Shown here piece after piece: positions 24,158 through 36,527 of a stretch of 41,256 nucleotides of DNA; position 1 is the stretch's first letter, and each line of letters starts with the position of its first letter. Source of the DNA: Octopus sinensis (Eukaryota); assembly GCF_006345805.1 (NCBI RefSeq), contig NW_021835281.1, forward strand, positions 1 through 41,256, read 5' to 3'. The notes under the pieces are model-generated. The model was not told where the DNA came from and did not search any database. It saw only the letters and a list, made by a program, of their open reading frames with translations. The position numbers were made by a program, and so were the translations under genes.

Positions 24158-24539
24158 CGCACGCGCGTAATCACACACATACTCTCTCTCTCTCTCTCTC
24201 TCTCTCGCTTTCTCGTTTCACTGTTTCTCTCTCTCTCTCTTTGTCTCCGTCTCTTATTCTGTCCGTGTGTTTGGGACTTTCGTTTTGCTTGTCTTTGTGC
24301 CACTCTCCCCCATTGTATTCCTCCGTATCTGTTTCTCTTTACGTCAATCCACCCGCCACACTTTTTCTTTCCTTTTCTCTCTCTCTTCTCCTTTTTATCC
24401 TTGTCTCTGTTTATCAATCCATCTTCACAGTTCATTCTTATAATCACCACCTCTCACTTTCAATCACACACGCACACACACACACACGACTATTTTCCTC
24501 ACACACACACACACACACACACGTGACTTCGTGTGTACC

Positions 24540-24720
24540 GTTGGCGATTTTTTTTCCTCTGTCTTCCCTTCTCGGGATCTTTCCGTCTCCTATGTTATGT
24601 TTCCGATGAAGAGCTCCGCTCGAAACGTTAAACCCTCCTTCTTCCCTTCTTTCCTGAGCGTCCAATAATACTATATTTGTTCCACGTCCTCGCGTTGTTG
24701 TGTTTTCTTGTTTGGATTAA

Positions 24721-24722
<2 letters not shown>
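24540..24722 (+). mobile_element. Probable Penelope-like pLTR fragment
   Basis: Hammerhead-shaped motif at 24599-24633 plus downstream ttcctgagcg...aatac...tatttgtt, shared with 2880-3060. Ends at (TA)n. Confidence 0.5.
24599..24633 (+). ncRNA. Degenerate minimal type-I hammerhead ribozyme motif
   Basis: gttt-CCGATGA-a-gagc(tcc)gctc-GAAA-c-GTT-aaac. The core has U4>C. Confidence 0.55.
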
Positions 24723-24752
<30 letters not shown>

Positions 24753-24755
<3 letters not shown>

Positions 24756-24871
24756 CTGGTCGCTTAGCCAGTGGGGTGGCGTCATTTCAAGGCTAAAACA
24801 ATCTGAAGCGCATTGTGACCAGCGATGTGTAACAACATCTGATAGCCTGGTCGGTCACGGTGATCACGGTG
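24753..24871 (-). repeat. Inverted copy of the 4215-4331 dispersed repeat
   Basis: Direct reverse-complement alignment. Confidence 0.8.
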
Positions 24872-24890
24872 ATATATATATATATATATC

Positions 24891-24950
<60 letters not shown>

Positions 24951-25187
24951 CATACATACATACATGACTATCACTCGCTTGAGAAAATCGGTAGAGCGTT
25001 GGATGAAATGCCTGCAAATTTATTTACGGTCCTGTGTGTCCCGTGTTCAAATCTTACCGAATCCAACTTTCTTTTATCAGTGGTCGATAAAATAAAATAT
25101 CAGACAAACATTAAGATCCATTAAGTATTTCTATACAGTATCTTTGATGGCATGGGAATTCTAAGAGAATACCACCTCCTTGCAACC

Positions 25188-25475
25188 CCCTCTCTCCCCT
25201 ATCCCTTACTCTCCTTCTCTGTTACAAATATGTAACGCCAGCTCTCCAATGCTCTAGCTGACCTATCTACCAGCAAAAACGTCCCAGCGACGACTATTCT
25301 CTCTCTCTCTATCACATACTCTCCCTCCCTCCCTCTCTCTCTTCCTCTCCCTCTCTCCCCTACCCTTACTCTCCTTCTCTATTAGAAATATGTAACGCCA
25401 GCTCTCCAATGCTCTAGCTAACCTATCTACCAGCAAAAACGTCCCAGCTACGACTATTCTCTCTCTCTCTATCAC
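25188..25475. repeat. Local tandem duplication, period ~161 bp
   Basis: The core aaatatgtaacgccagctctccaatgctctagct(g/a)acctatctaccagcaaaaacgtcccagc(g/t)acgactattc occurs twice. Confidence 0.9.
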
Positions 25476-25794
25476 TTTCTTTCTCTCTCTCTCTCTCTCT
25501 ATCACTCTCTCTTTCTATCTATCTATCTATCTATCTATCTCTATCTCTCTCTTTCTCGCCCCCTCTCTCTCTCTCTCTCTCTCGCTCTGCTGTCCGTCTC
25601 TATGTATCTCTGTAGCAGCCTACCTCATCCTATCGCTGTCACTCTGCTGCTTCTGCTATTTAACCCCGGGTCAGTACTGATCCAGTAGACCTATGATTAA
25701 AAACATTCCAGCAGCTCTGACCCTGTGACCAGCTACGCTTTAACTTACAAGAACAGAGATGTGTCTAGAACTAATTTATTCATTCTTTTTCTTT

Positions 25795-26211
25795 TCCTTT
25801 TTCTTTTACTTGTTTCGGTCATTTGACTGCGGCCATGCTGGAGCACCACCTTTTAGTCGAGCAACTCGACCCCGGGACTTATTCTTTTTGTAAGCCCAGT
25901 ACTTATTCTATCGGTCTCTTTTTGCCGAACCGCTAAGTGACGGGGACGTAACACAACCAGCATCGGTTGTCAAGCAATGCTAGGGAACAAACACAGACAC
26001 ACAAACACACACACGCATACACACATATATATATATACATATACGACGGGCTTCTTCTTTCCGTATTTCAGTCTATAAATCCACTCACAACAAGGCATTG
26101 GTCGGCCCGGGGCTATAGCAGAAGACACTTGCCCAAGATGCCACGCAGTGGGACTGAACCCGGAACCATGTGGTTGGTTAGCAAGCTACTTACCACACAG
26201 CCACTCCTGTG
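25795..26211 (-). mobile_element. Family A SINE, full length
   Basis: Reverse complement of 1121-1532. Confidence 0.9.
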
Positions 26212-26522
26212 TCGTTCATTTTTTTTTTTAAAGACGGTAGGTGTGATTGGACAGAGATCTAGCTGCTATTTCATGAAGGTCGACCGACCACAACCTACAC
26301 GCTCTCGTAATGATTCACCCCTTTTTTTTTGTCTACGTGGGCATGCGTGTGTGTATGTGTGTGTGTCTGTGCGAGAGAGAGAGAGAGAATGAGAGAGAGA
26401 GAGAATGAGAGAGAGAGAGACAGAGACAGAGAGTGAGAGAATAAGTGAAAGATGAAGAGAGAGAGAAAGAGAGAGAGATTGTGTGTGTGTGCGTTGTGTG
26501 ACGAGGTGTATTTCAGTCTACT

Positions 26523-26562
<40 letters not shown>

Positions 26563-26704
26563 CACTCTCTTTAAAGCGCTTTTGCGTGACAAGGGGTATG
26601 TCAGTCTGTCTGTGTGTTAGTCTGTCTGTGTGTCTGCTTGTTTGTCTTTCTTTCCTGTTTTGTCTGTTTCTGTGTGACTCGGTGTATGTCAGCTTTTCCC
26701 TATC

Positions 26705-27159
26705 CGCGCTCTCTCTCTCTCTCTCTCTCTTCACTACTTTCTCTCTTTCTCTCTCTTCACTACTTTTTGTCTCTCTCTCTCTCTCTCTTCACTACGTTTT
26801 GTCTCTCTGTCTCTCTCTCTTCACTACTTTTTGTCTCTCTTTCTCTTCACTACTTTTGTCTCTCTCTTTCTCTCTTCACTATTTTCTTTCTCTCTCTCTC
26901 TTCACTACTTTTTGTCTCTCTCTCTCTCCTCTCTCCCTACTTCTCTCTCTTCTCTCTCCTCTCTCCTCTTCACTACTTTTTGTCTCTCTCTCTCTCTCTC
27001 TTCACTACTTTTTGTCTCTCTCTCTCTCTCTCTCTTCACTACTTTTTGTCTCTCTCTCTCTCTCTCTCTCACTACTTTTTGTCTCTCTGTCTCTCTCTTC
27101 ACTACTTTTTGTCTCTCTCTTTCTCTTCTTTTTGTCTCTCTCTCTCTCTCTCTTCTTTT

Positions 27160-27200
<41 letters not shown>
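26705..27200. repeat. Minisatellite of (CT)n-cttcactactttttgt units
   Basis: The motif ttcactact(t)tttgtctctct recurs more than 10 times with variable CT spacers. Confidence 0.9.
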
Positions 27201-27205
<5 letters not shown>

Positions 27206-27463
27206 CATGTGTGAGTATGCGTACCATTCTCTGTCTCAATCTGTGTTATCCAAATATGTCGTCTGTATGCTACTCTCTTCTCTCCGTCTGTGTCTTTCTG
27301 TGTGTGTGCTTGCTTGCGTGTGCATATGTGTGTGCGCGCATACGTGTGTGTGTGTGTATGTCTGTCTATGTGACTTGGTGTACGTCAGTGTACTCGCTGC
27401 ATCTCTTATCTCATAGTCTCACATTAGAATCTCTCACTTTTTCAGTTACCTGTGTCTATATAC

Positions 27464-27503
<40 letters not shown>

Positions 27504-28680
27504 ATCTGTTTCTCTCCTTCTCCCTCTGTCTATGCCTCTGTCTGTTTCTCATTGTGTCACACTCAGACACACTCACGCACACTATCTTCTGTCATTCTCC
27601 TGTGCGTCGGTCTGTGTCTGTGTGTAAGCATACCTACATAACTAGACCGGGAACATTTTGAAACCACTTCGTACGCCTCCCCAAGCCGCTCTTTCTCCAG
27701 CTATCACACATAGCCACTCTTTTTCCCTCGCTCTTGTCTGTCAGTCTTATATATTGGACCCCTCTCTCTTTCTCGCTCTCTCTCCCCTCCCTCTCTCTCT
27801 CTCCTCAACATATTTGCTCTATCTCAGCCTCTCACTTCCTCACCCATCTTCCATCACCCATCTTTACATCCTTTGCGTCTTTGTTTTCCCCTAAGTTTTC
27901 TCTCTTTCATCTCTCCGTAAACATATTTATTTCTCTCTCTCTCTCTCTCTTCCTCTCTCTATCGTTCTTTTTCTTCCACCTTTCTCTCTCTATCTCTCCT
28001 ATATTTATTTGCTTATGTGTATGTTTATCTCTTTTATTAATTTTCCTTTCATCCTTGGAATTCTTTCTGTCTTTCTTCCAATATCTATTTCCCTTTTCCA
28101 TTCTTTCTTTTTTTCTTTCTTTAAAATATTAACCTTCCTTCTTCTCTGTCTCTCTCACTCTTTCTTTTAACTTGGTAACCTGCAATTCGCTGTGCCTCTG
28201 ATACACATACAAATATGCACATACATGTGTATGCATGTATGTTACATATGTATGCATGTATGTTCATGTGTATGTGTGTGTGTGTGTGTGTGTGCGTGCG
28301 CACGCGCCAGTGGAACATGTAAACAGAACCCACATGCGTTATTTTTCCTGGCTCTCTTTTTATCTCCTTTCTTCTTTTCTGTCTCTTTCTCGTTCTCCTG
28401 GATTTTCCATTGTATTTGAAGAAGGACTATATCCGACACGTCATACTTTTTATTTTCCCCTTTTTTGTGCGCTAAACTAATGATATTAACTGGTACTGAC
28501 TCTCGTGCTTTTGTTGTTTTTCTATCCTTTTTTTTTTTTTTTGCTTTACACACATACATACACTCACGCAAACACACACACACATACACGCACAGATGAC
28601 CATAAAAAAGTTCACTTCATAATCACAAAGTCACAGGTTCGATCCCATCGTGTGGCATCTTGAGCAAGTGCTTTTTTTTT

Positions 28681-29043
28681 TACATTGGGTTGTCCGGAAA
28701 GTTCGTCCCGATTTTTAAAGGAAAGTAAAAGGTCAATAAATACTTGCCATTACCCAAGCTTTACCAGGTGCTCATGAACAACGGATTTTGATAGGTTGAG
28801 GCTTTCTGCCAATTCTTGGGTTGTGCAATGTGGGTTATTCTCAATTAATGACTTGATTTGGTCATCATTTGTAGTGGATGGTCTGCCTGATCGCTCTTTA
28901 TCAATAAGGCTACAATCTCCAGCTCGGAACCTTGCGAACCACTCCCGTACAGTTCTTTCGAATAAAGAAACATCACCGTAAACTGCGCATATTTCTTTGG
29001 TTGCTTGTGGGGCATTTTTCCCTTTACGAAAAAAGAAAAGCAC
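28681..29043 (-). mobile_element. Mariner (mellifera-like) relic: N-terminal HTH joined to the extreme C-terminus and one TIR
   Basis: LFFFRKGKNAPQATKEICAVYGD...ERTVREWFARFRAGD.SL.DKERSGRP...HEHLVKLG, directly followed by NGKY. TA-flanked TIR cattgggttgtccggaaagttcgt from 28683. The catalytic DD34D region and the other TIR are absent. Confidence 0.9.
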
Positions 29044-30046
29044 CTCTTATTTTTCGAGCACCTTCCGGAGTATTCGAGCGGTTCCAAGCAGTGCTGTTTT
29101 CTGCCAGTGCTCCTCGCTTATTGCAACCCCTATTCGTTCCACGTACTTCTCGAGATTTTTGCTCACTGTTCCCAGGACTCCGACAATTATTGATATTACC
29201 ACTACCTTTTTCATTGACCACAACTGCTTAACTTCCCAAGCTAACCTCTCATATCTATCGACTTTTCTTTCTTATTGCATACCTTGTTGTCAGCTGGGTA
29301 TGCTATATCTATGATCCAGTATAGTTTGTTTTCTTTCTCATTTAAAACTATGCCTGGCTTCCTGTTCTCTGTTTCATGGTCGCACTGAATCATAAAATCC
29401 CATAGGATCTTTGCATTTCTATTTTCGACAATGCCTTCAGGTTTGTGGTTGTACCAATGTTTTGCTCTGTCAAGTCCTTACTTGTTGCAAAGTGTCCAAT
29501 GGACAAGCCTGGCTATATTGTCGTGTTGTCTCTTATATTCCTTCTGGGCTAGTGGCGTACATTGGCTGGTAATATGCCATACAGTTTCACCACTTTGTTC
29601 ACAGATTCTGCACTTATCGCTTTCTGCTGTCTATTCTGTATTTTATGTAGTTTGTTCTTAGTGCTTGATCTTAGGCAGCAAAGATTAGAGCCTCCGTTTC
29701 CGGTTTTAAATCACTTTTAGTCATCCACAGCCATCTTTTTCCTCTATCTGTCTTATCTTCAATATCCATATGAATTTGCCCATGCACTCTTTTCCTTATC
29801 CGCCTATTTTCAGTTTCATTCGTTTTCAATTTCTTGTACAGTGCTTTATCTTTGCAATCTTTCATCCTACACAGGCCTGACCTTCTTACTTCTAACAATA
29901 GCGGTTCTGTGGCATTTTTTGCATACCATTGATATGTTGTTTTCTTCTGCCCTAATGCTGTGTTCGCATCGAATAAGTCCTCTTACCCCTCTTTTTCTTG
30001 GTACATACCTTCTGTCTGTGTCACTTTTTGGGTGAAGTAACCCATA

Positions 30047-30048
<2 letters not shown>
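29044..30048 (-). mobile_element. 5'-truncated RLE-type non-LTR retrotransposon (R4/Dong-like), decayed
   Basis: GLLHPKSDTDRRYVPRK..RGL; KSDLKPETEALIFAA*DQALRTN; CRICEQSGETVWHITSQC (CCHC knuckle); HDNIARLVHW; ILWDF...RKPGIV...IIDIA; QKTALLGTARILRKVLEK* (stop 29047-29049). The 5' junction abuts (TAA)n. Confidence 0.9.

Positions 30049-30109
<61 letters not shown>
30049..30109. repeat. (TTA)n microsatellite
   Basis: Direct reading. Confidence 0.95.
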
Positions 30110-30110
<1 letters not shown>

Positions 30111-30490
30111 GGTGACGAACTGGCAGAATCGTTAGCACGCTGGACTAAATACTTAGCGGTATTTCGCCCGTCGCTATGCTTTGAGTTCAAATTCCGCCGA
30201 GGTCGACTTTGCCTTTCATCCTTTCGGGGTCGATTAAATAAGTAGCATTTACGCACTGAGGTCGATATAATCGACTTAATCCGTTTGTCTGTCCGTGTTT
30301 GTCCTCCCTGTGTTTAGCCCCTTGTGTGTAGTAAAGAAAAAGGTATTTCGCCCGTCGCTATGTCCTGCGTTCAAATTCTGCTGAGGTCGACTTTGCCTTT
30401 CATCCTTTCGGGATCGATAAAATAAGTACCTGTTGAACACTTGGGTCGATGTAATCGACTCAGCTTTACCTCTCGCAAGCTGCATTTATG
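30110..30490 (+). mobile_element. Family M SINE dimer
   Basis: The second unit restarts at ggtatttcgcccgtcgc (30342), the same internal position as in the other multimers. Confidence 0.85.
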
Positions 30491-30494
30491 GCAA

Positions 30495-31330
30495 GAATTT
30501 GAAATAATTATTATTGGTATTAATGTGAATTTATAATCTGGATATAGAAGCTGGGGTTTTCGAAGCAGTTGTCCATGGTTATCCTCTTTCTCTTTGATTT
30601 CCGAAGAGATGTTCACACCGGCACGACAGTTAACATCTATGACAGTACATACTTGTTCCCAAACAACAATATCCGGTCTGTTTAGTTTACACTTGACAGA
30701 TATTTTGATGAGAATGTTCCACCAGTATTCCATGTAATGATGTTTTTGTGCGTATTCAATAACAGTGGGGTTCTCTATATTTATTCGAGGAGAGTCTTTT
30801 TTCCTCGAATGTCATTGTGTATTGTTTTTGCAACAACGTCATGTCGCATAGGGAAATAATACCTCTGATAACACTTTTGGACAACTGCTAATCACATGTG
30901 TGATGTCTTCCACAGAAATATAACGTAGTCTACATTTTCCGTTGTATCATAGAGCTCTTAGGGATTCAGGGTCTCTTTATTTTATTAGGTATTTAGTAGC
31001 AGTCTCCTGTTCTTGGATTGCAGACGCATAGCTTTCGAAGTGTGATGTCAAATAGCGGTTACAAAAAGAAAAAGGTTTCGCTTCATGTCGATATTACTGT
31101 CTTAAGTTTTCGAGAAACACACTCATGCATGGTCTTTTTTATGCTGAGCGTTTCATCCAGGTCTTCATTGAGGTATGTCAGTCCGGCTGTTTTAGGGTTG
31201 TGTAGGAAGTCATCATGTGGATATGAGTTTAAACTGCATCCGGTACTTCAGCTCTGGTATGGAAGTTACTGGGTTTTGAAGAGTACGGAACAACTTCTTA
31301 GCCGCTATTGTTCTCAGGTCTACCTTGACC
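30495..31330 (-). mobile_element. Third, distinct RLE-type non-LTR retrotransposon fragment, decayed
   Basis: YLTSHFESYASAIQEQE.ATKYL; KCRL....EDITHVISSC; MRHDVVAK; EYWWN...NRPDIVVW...CTVIDV.C....NI...IKEKEDN, with stops and frameshifts. The upstream boundary is approximate. Confidence 0.8.
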
Positions 31331-31537
31331 TGGAGTAGTAGCACCTGTTAGGGTCCCAACTATGGGTTAATTAACATGCGAACCATCGGAAGTGAAGGAC
31401 CCCTAGTTATCGTTAGAACTTCCTTCTAGAAAAGATAAACTCATATAAAATATCTGAAGTGCAGTAGGTTTCTTGGTCGTCTCAACCTTTGTTGTGCTAC
31501 TGGGTTTATAGCTGATTGTGTTGAAAAGTGGGTTCAG

Positions 31538-31822
31538 TGATGTGCCCAGTGGTTAGAGCGGACTCGCGGTCGAGGGATCGCGGGTTCGAATCTCAGACCG
31601 GGCGATGTGTGTGTTTATGAGCGAAACACCTAAGCTCCACGCGGCTCCGGCAGAAGATAATGGCGAACTTCTGCTGACTCTTTCGCCACAACTTTCCCAC
31701 ATTCTTTCCTCCTGCATCTTGCAGCTCACCTGCGACGGACCGGCGTCCCGTCCAGGTTGGGGAACCTATACGCCAAGGAAACCGGGAAACCGACCCTTAT
31801 GAGCTCGAGAAGGAACAAGCAA
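31538..31822 (+). mobile_element. Family B SINE (head B2 + tail X)
   Basis: Aligns with 22978-23284. Confidence 0.88.
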
Positions 31823-31943
31823 ACAAACACTTTATACTCTCAAAACAAATTCATGCACAGAAACGTTTTGGACTCTCGGAACATTTGCATGAATTTACTG
31901 AGTTTAGGAAATGGTCTTGCTCAGTCACAAGTTGAATTCCACC

Positions 31944-31974
<31 letters not shown>

Positions 31975-32568
31975 TGTATGTATGTATGTATGTATGTATG
32001 TATGTATGTATGTATGTATGTATGTATGTATTTGTGCAGATTTGTATATTTTGCTTTATGTATGTATTCTCGTGCATATAGTTGCATGTCTAGATATGCT
32101 CATATATATTTAAATGACACACTTCTAGAAAGTTTTACAGATTTATATAGTTCCAGTGATGGATTGGTTCTGTAGGCTATGAATCAGCTTTCTCCTTTCA
32201 GGTTTTGAGAAGCCTAATTTCTCAAGGTTGGTATTTAGGCAGTGTGTTACATATCACAGGGTTCGTCATGCTAACGATTCTGTCAGTTTGCCACCTTAAT
32301 AGAAGAGTTAATATTGAAGGTTATACTTTAATGCAATACGTTTCACCAGAACATTTCAACTCGGGTTCGCTAAAACATTCAATTTTTTATATTCTTGTTC
32401 TATTAAACGTGTTATTGAAGCAAGGACAATGTAGGTGGGTTGTATAATACCCGAATAAAGACAAAAACCAAATATTGATATTTTGCTATTTTGAATGCTT
32501 TTAATACAAGTGTTTCCCGTAGTTATGCAAAATAATTATTACATAATATTGCCTAAAGTTGGAGAATT

Positions 32569-32613
32569 GTGGTGCTGATGACGTTTACTGAGGTAGAAAC
32601 ACGTGTCCACGAC
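32569..32613 (+). ncRNA. Minimal type-I hammerhead ribozyme motif with canonical core
   Basis: gtggtg-CTGATGA-cgtttactgaggta-GAAA-c-acgt-GTC-cacgac. Stem I pairs 5/6, stem III is the palindrome acacgtgt, stem II is imperfect. Confidence 0.6.
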
Positions 32614-32989
32614 TGTCCTTTTCCTTAATAGCATATAAACTCTGGATAATTCTTTATTCTTGAGATTATCTCCCCTTGTCAAGAGGAGCTGATCTTAATT
32701 GCCATTTGGTAGTTGTGGCATATCCTCTTGAGGCATGGATAATATTAATAGATCCTGAATTTATTTTGTATGGTATTTGATATACCTGTATTTGGCTGCA
32801 GTTCTATTTCTCTTAGCTTATTATAGTTTAAATTATCTGTCTGCCTCTGTGTGTGCTTGTGTGTTTGATAATACAAAGAGGGAAAAATGAGATAGATATA
32901 TCTATCGATTTATCTTTATTTTCCTGCTTGTATTATCCAACACACACACACACATACACGCACATATACTGGATATACATATGCATACA

Positions 32990-33064
32990 TATATCGATAG
33001 ACATATAGATAGATTGACAAGTAGACAGACGGACAGAGTGACGGACAGATAGAGAGATAGATAA

Positions 33065-33125
<61 letters not shown>

Positions 33126-33130
33126 CAGAC

Positions 33131-33165
<35 letters not shown>

Positions 33166-33192
33166 CAGAGAGACATATAGATAGATAGATAG

Positions 33193-33241
<49 letters not shown>
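32990..33241. repeat. (GATA)n compound microsatellite
   Basis: Direct reading. Confidence 0.95.
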
Positions 33242-33815
33242 GTGATACTCTCTCATATCCTTCTTTCCTGCACTCACTCTCCTCTGCTCCATTTCTTCGT
33301 TCGCCTTCACTTTTCTTCCTCAAATATCTTACATTCAGTTCATTCAGTCAGTGTGTCTGTCTTTTTTAATGCTGTCGTCTGCCGGTCTGTATATTTTCTC
33401 TCTCTCTCTCTCTCTTCCGTTCACTCCCTCTCTCATATTCTCTCTTTTACATTTTCTTTCTCTTCTTTCACCCATTTCATCGTCTATTTCCCTCATCTAC
33501 ATCCTTCATAACTCTATCTTTTTCCTTCTACGCTTGCTCTCCTTTTTTTTTCCACATTCTCCTTTCCTTTCTCCTTATTCTTTCACTCTCCTCACACCAT
33601 CCTCCTCCTCCTCCTATATTTTCCCATCTTCTTCCTCATTCTACCTCCTCTCCCTATCGCTCGCTCTTCCAAACCACTGCCACTTCTGTCAACAATATCA
33701 TTTTGTTCAGACCTCTTTCCACCAACAGTCACGCTGACATTCGTATGTTGACCTCATTTCCAAACTGGATATTTACTTTATTACCTTTTTAGTATATTTG
33801 TTATTATTATTATTA

Positions 33816-33855
<40 letters not shown>

Positions 33856-34171
33856 GCCGGTGTTATTGCTGTTGTTGTTGTTGTTGTCATCGTTGTTTTG
33901 TTATCACTGACGTATTCCGTCTGTAAGAACAAAAGGCAACATCACAGAATCTACTGCTCTCCACTCGCACACCCTTCTCTCTCCTTCCTTTCCTAATAAC
34001 GTCTCTTTCTATCTTGTTCTCTACTCCTCTTCCTCCGTTTCTATGTTCCTGTCCGTCTCTTTGTGTGTGGTGTGTGTGTGTGTGTGTGTGTCACTGTGTT
34101 TCTCTTATTCTTTTCTGTTTCTCTCTTTCGCAAACATTGCCTGATTGTTTTTTCCACGCTCATAGTCTTTT

Positions 34172-34207
<36 letters not shown>

Positions 34208-34798
34208 TCGTTCTTTCGTTCTTTCTTTCGTTCTTTCTTTCTTTCTTTCGTTCTTTCTTTCTTTCTTTCTCTGCAGTCAGTGTCAAATCATTCCGTCTCT
34301 TTTTCTATTTCTCTCTTCATTTCTCTCTCTCTTTCGTCCTTCGTTCTCCCTCCCTCCCCCTCTCTGTGTCTCACATATCTCTCCCTCTCACTCACGATCT
34401 CTTTCTTCCCCCTCTTTGTTCCGCTCCTTTTTAAGTGCAAACACATCTAACATTGCATGAATTCAAAGATACAAAGGAGTCCGAGAGAACAGAACAAAGG
34501 ATAGGAAGAAGAGAAAGAGAGCAGGAAGTAACAGAAGAGGGGGAGAGGAAGGGGTGAAGAGAAAGAAGAAGAAGACGAAAAAGAAAAGAGAAAAGGAAGA
34601 TTATGATGATTGTGTTGAATAAGAATGTGAAGGAATAGAAGAGAGAGCGGGTGGGGGTAGGAGAAGGAAAGGATGAAGCAAATGAAATTATGGAATGGAG
34701 AGTGAGTGGACGGGAGTAAAGGAAAAAAGGAGAAAATTGAATGAAAGAGAAAAGAAGGAAATTGGTAGAAACTGATGATGGTGGTGATGATGATGATA

Positions 34799-34831
<33 letters not shown>

Positions 34832-35139
34832 TGGTGGTGGTGGTGGTGGTGGTGGTGGTAGTGGTGGTGGTGGTTATGGTGCTGATGACAACGACGACAT
34901 TAAAGATTATGATAACAAAGACGAACTCGATGATATCAATGATGGTGATAAAAACTGCCTACAAAATGTAATATATTCAATTTCATAAACTGTTGATAAG
35001 CATTTGTGACACTATAGGTAACTTTAAGTAGTAATGAACAACATATTTCTTCACAGATTTTTCTTAACAGAGATGCGACAAAGCAATATTTCGAAGTATC
35101 TTTCGAGATTTATATTGGAAATCCTTACTTCATTTACAT

Positions 35140-35390
35140 CAGCAGTTTCTAATCGGAGTCCATATGACCCTTGGGGTCCAAATAAGATTTTGTTGTTAAA
35201 GTTTATGTGCAATAAAATGGTTATACATCTACATTACACAAAATATTTTTCAAAAAATTCATACACTTCCTAATAATATTTAATTACAAAAATACAACAG
35301 GATTTTTTAAACATCGAATAACTAGGGGGGTCCATTGAGTAAAATAGGAATTAAAGGGGTCTATAAAGAAAATATGGTTAAGAACCTCTG
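35140..35390. mobile_element. Old hAT-like MITE
   Basis: Imperfect TIRs cagcagtttctaatc / ggttaagaacctctg (cf. CAGTGGTTCTTAACC) with subterminal ggggtcca repeats. TSD not recoverable. Confidence 0.55.
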
Positions 35391-35803
35391 ATAATTTATT
35401 TGTTGTTTTGTGTTTACGTGGCGTTATAAGTGCAGTTTAAATGGTATGTCTACTTTTTAAAGGAGTACAGTTTCCAAAAGCTGCGACTCGATGAATATTT
35501 TCGACAAATCGAACCAGGCTGTTTCAGAAGTTATTATCAAAACAATACTGGATGGTCACAAAAATAAAAAATAAACTAAAAAAAAATATGGAAAATAGTT
35601 ACAAAAACATATACACATACATATACATACTTACATACATTTAATTTTTCACCCTTATTATTTTAAATTATACATACATACTTACATACATACATACATG
35701 TAGCTAAAGGGATAGGCGCATATATCAAAGGAAAAAGTAAGCTGTGAAAAAGTATGTTGTTCATTATTACTTAAAGTTACCTATAGGACATATATCAAAG
35801 GAA

Positions 35804-36180
35804 GTGGAGGCGCAATGGCCTAGTGGTTAGGGCAGCGGACTCGCGGTCATAGGATCGCGGTTTCGATTCCCAGGCCGGGCGTTGTGAGTGTTTATTGAGC
35901 GAAAACACCTAAAGCTCCACGAGGCTCCGGCAGGGATGGTGGTGATCCCTGCTGTACTCTTTCACCACAACTTTCTCTCACTCTTACTTCCTGTTGTACC
36001 TGTATTTCAAAAGGGCCGGCCTTGTCACTCTCTGTGTCACGCTGAATATCCCCGAGAACTACGTTAAGGGTACACGTGTCTGTGGAGTGCTCAGCCACTT
36101 ACACGTTAATTTCACGAGCAGGCTGTTCCGTTGATTCGGATCAACAGGAACCCTCGTCGTCGTAACCGACGGAGTGCTTC
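35804..36180 (+). mobile_element. Family B SINE (head B1 + tail Y)
   Basis: Head matches 15178; tail matches 315-500(-) rather than tail X. Confidence 0.88.
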
Positions 36181-36527
36181 CTATAACAAAAGAAAAGTAA
36201 AAGCTAAAGTCACTGTTAAAACCATGTTTAATTGGCGTCAGGGAAGGACCCTACTTGGTTTATACCCTGTAAGACTGAGTAGAGTAGAGTCAGACAAGGA
36301 AGCGGCTCAAAGAAGTTTGAATTTGTGAGGAGATATTTTAAGGCTAAATTACATTAAATACGTACCACATGAAACGACCGATAGCGTACGGAATCAGAAC
36401 AATGACAGTATATAAAAGACAACAACAGAATGTACTATGTGCTATGAATAGGTAACCAGCCACACTGTTTCCCATTTGCCATGTCTTGACCAAAACAGAA
36501 AATAAGAGCCTGTGCGTAGTGTACAAA

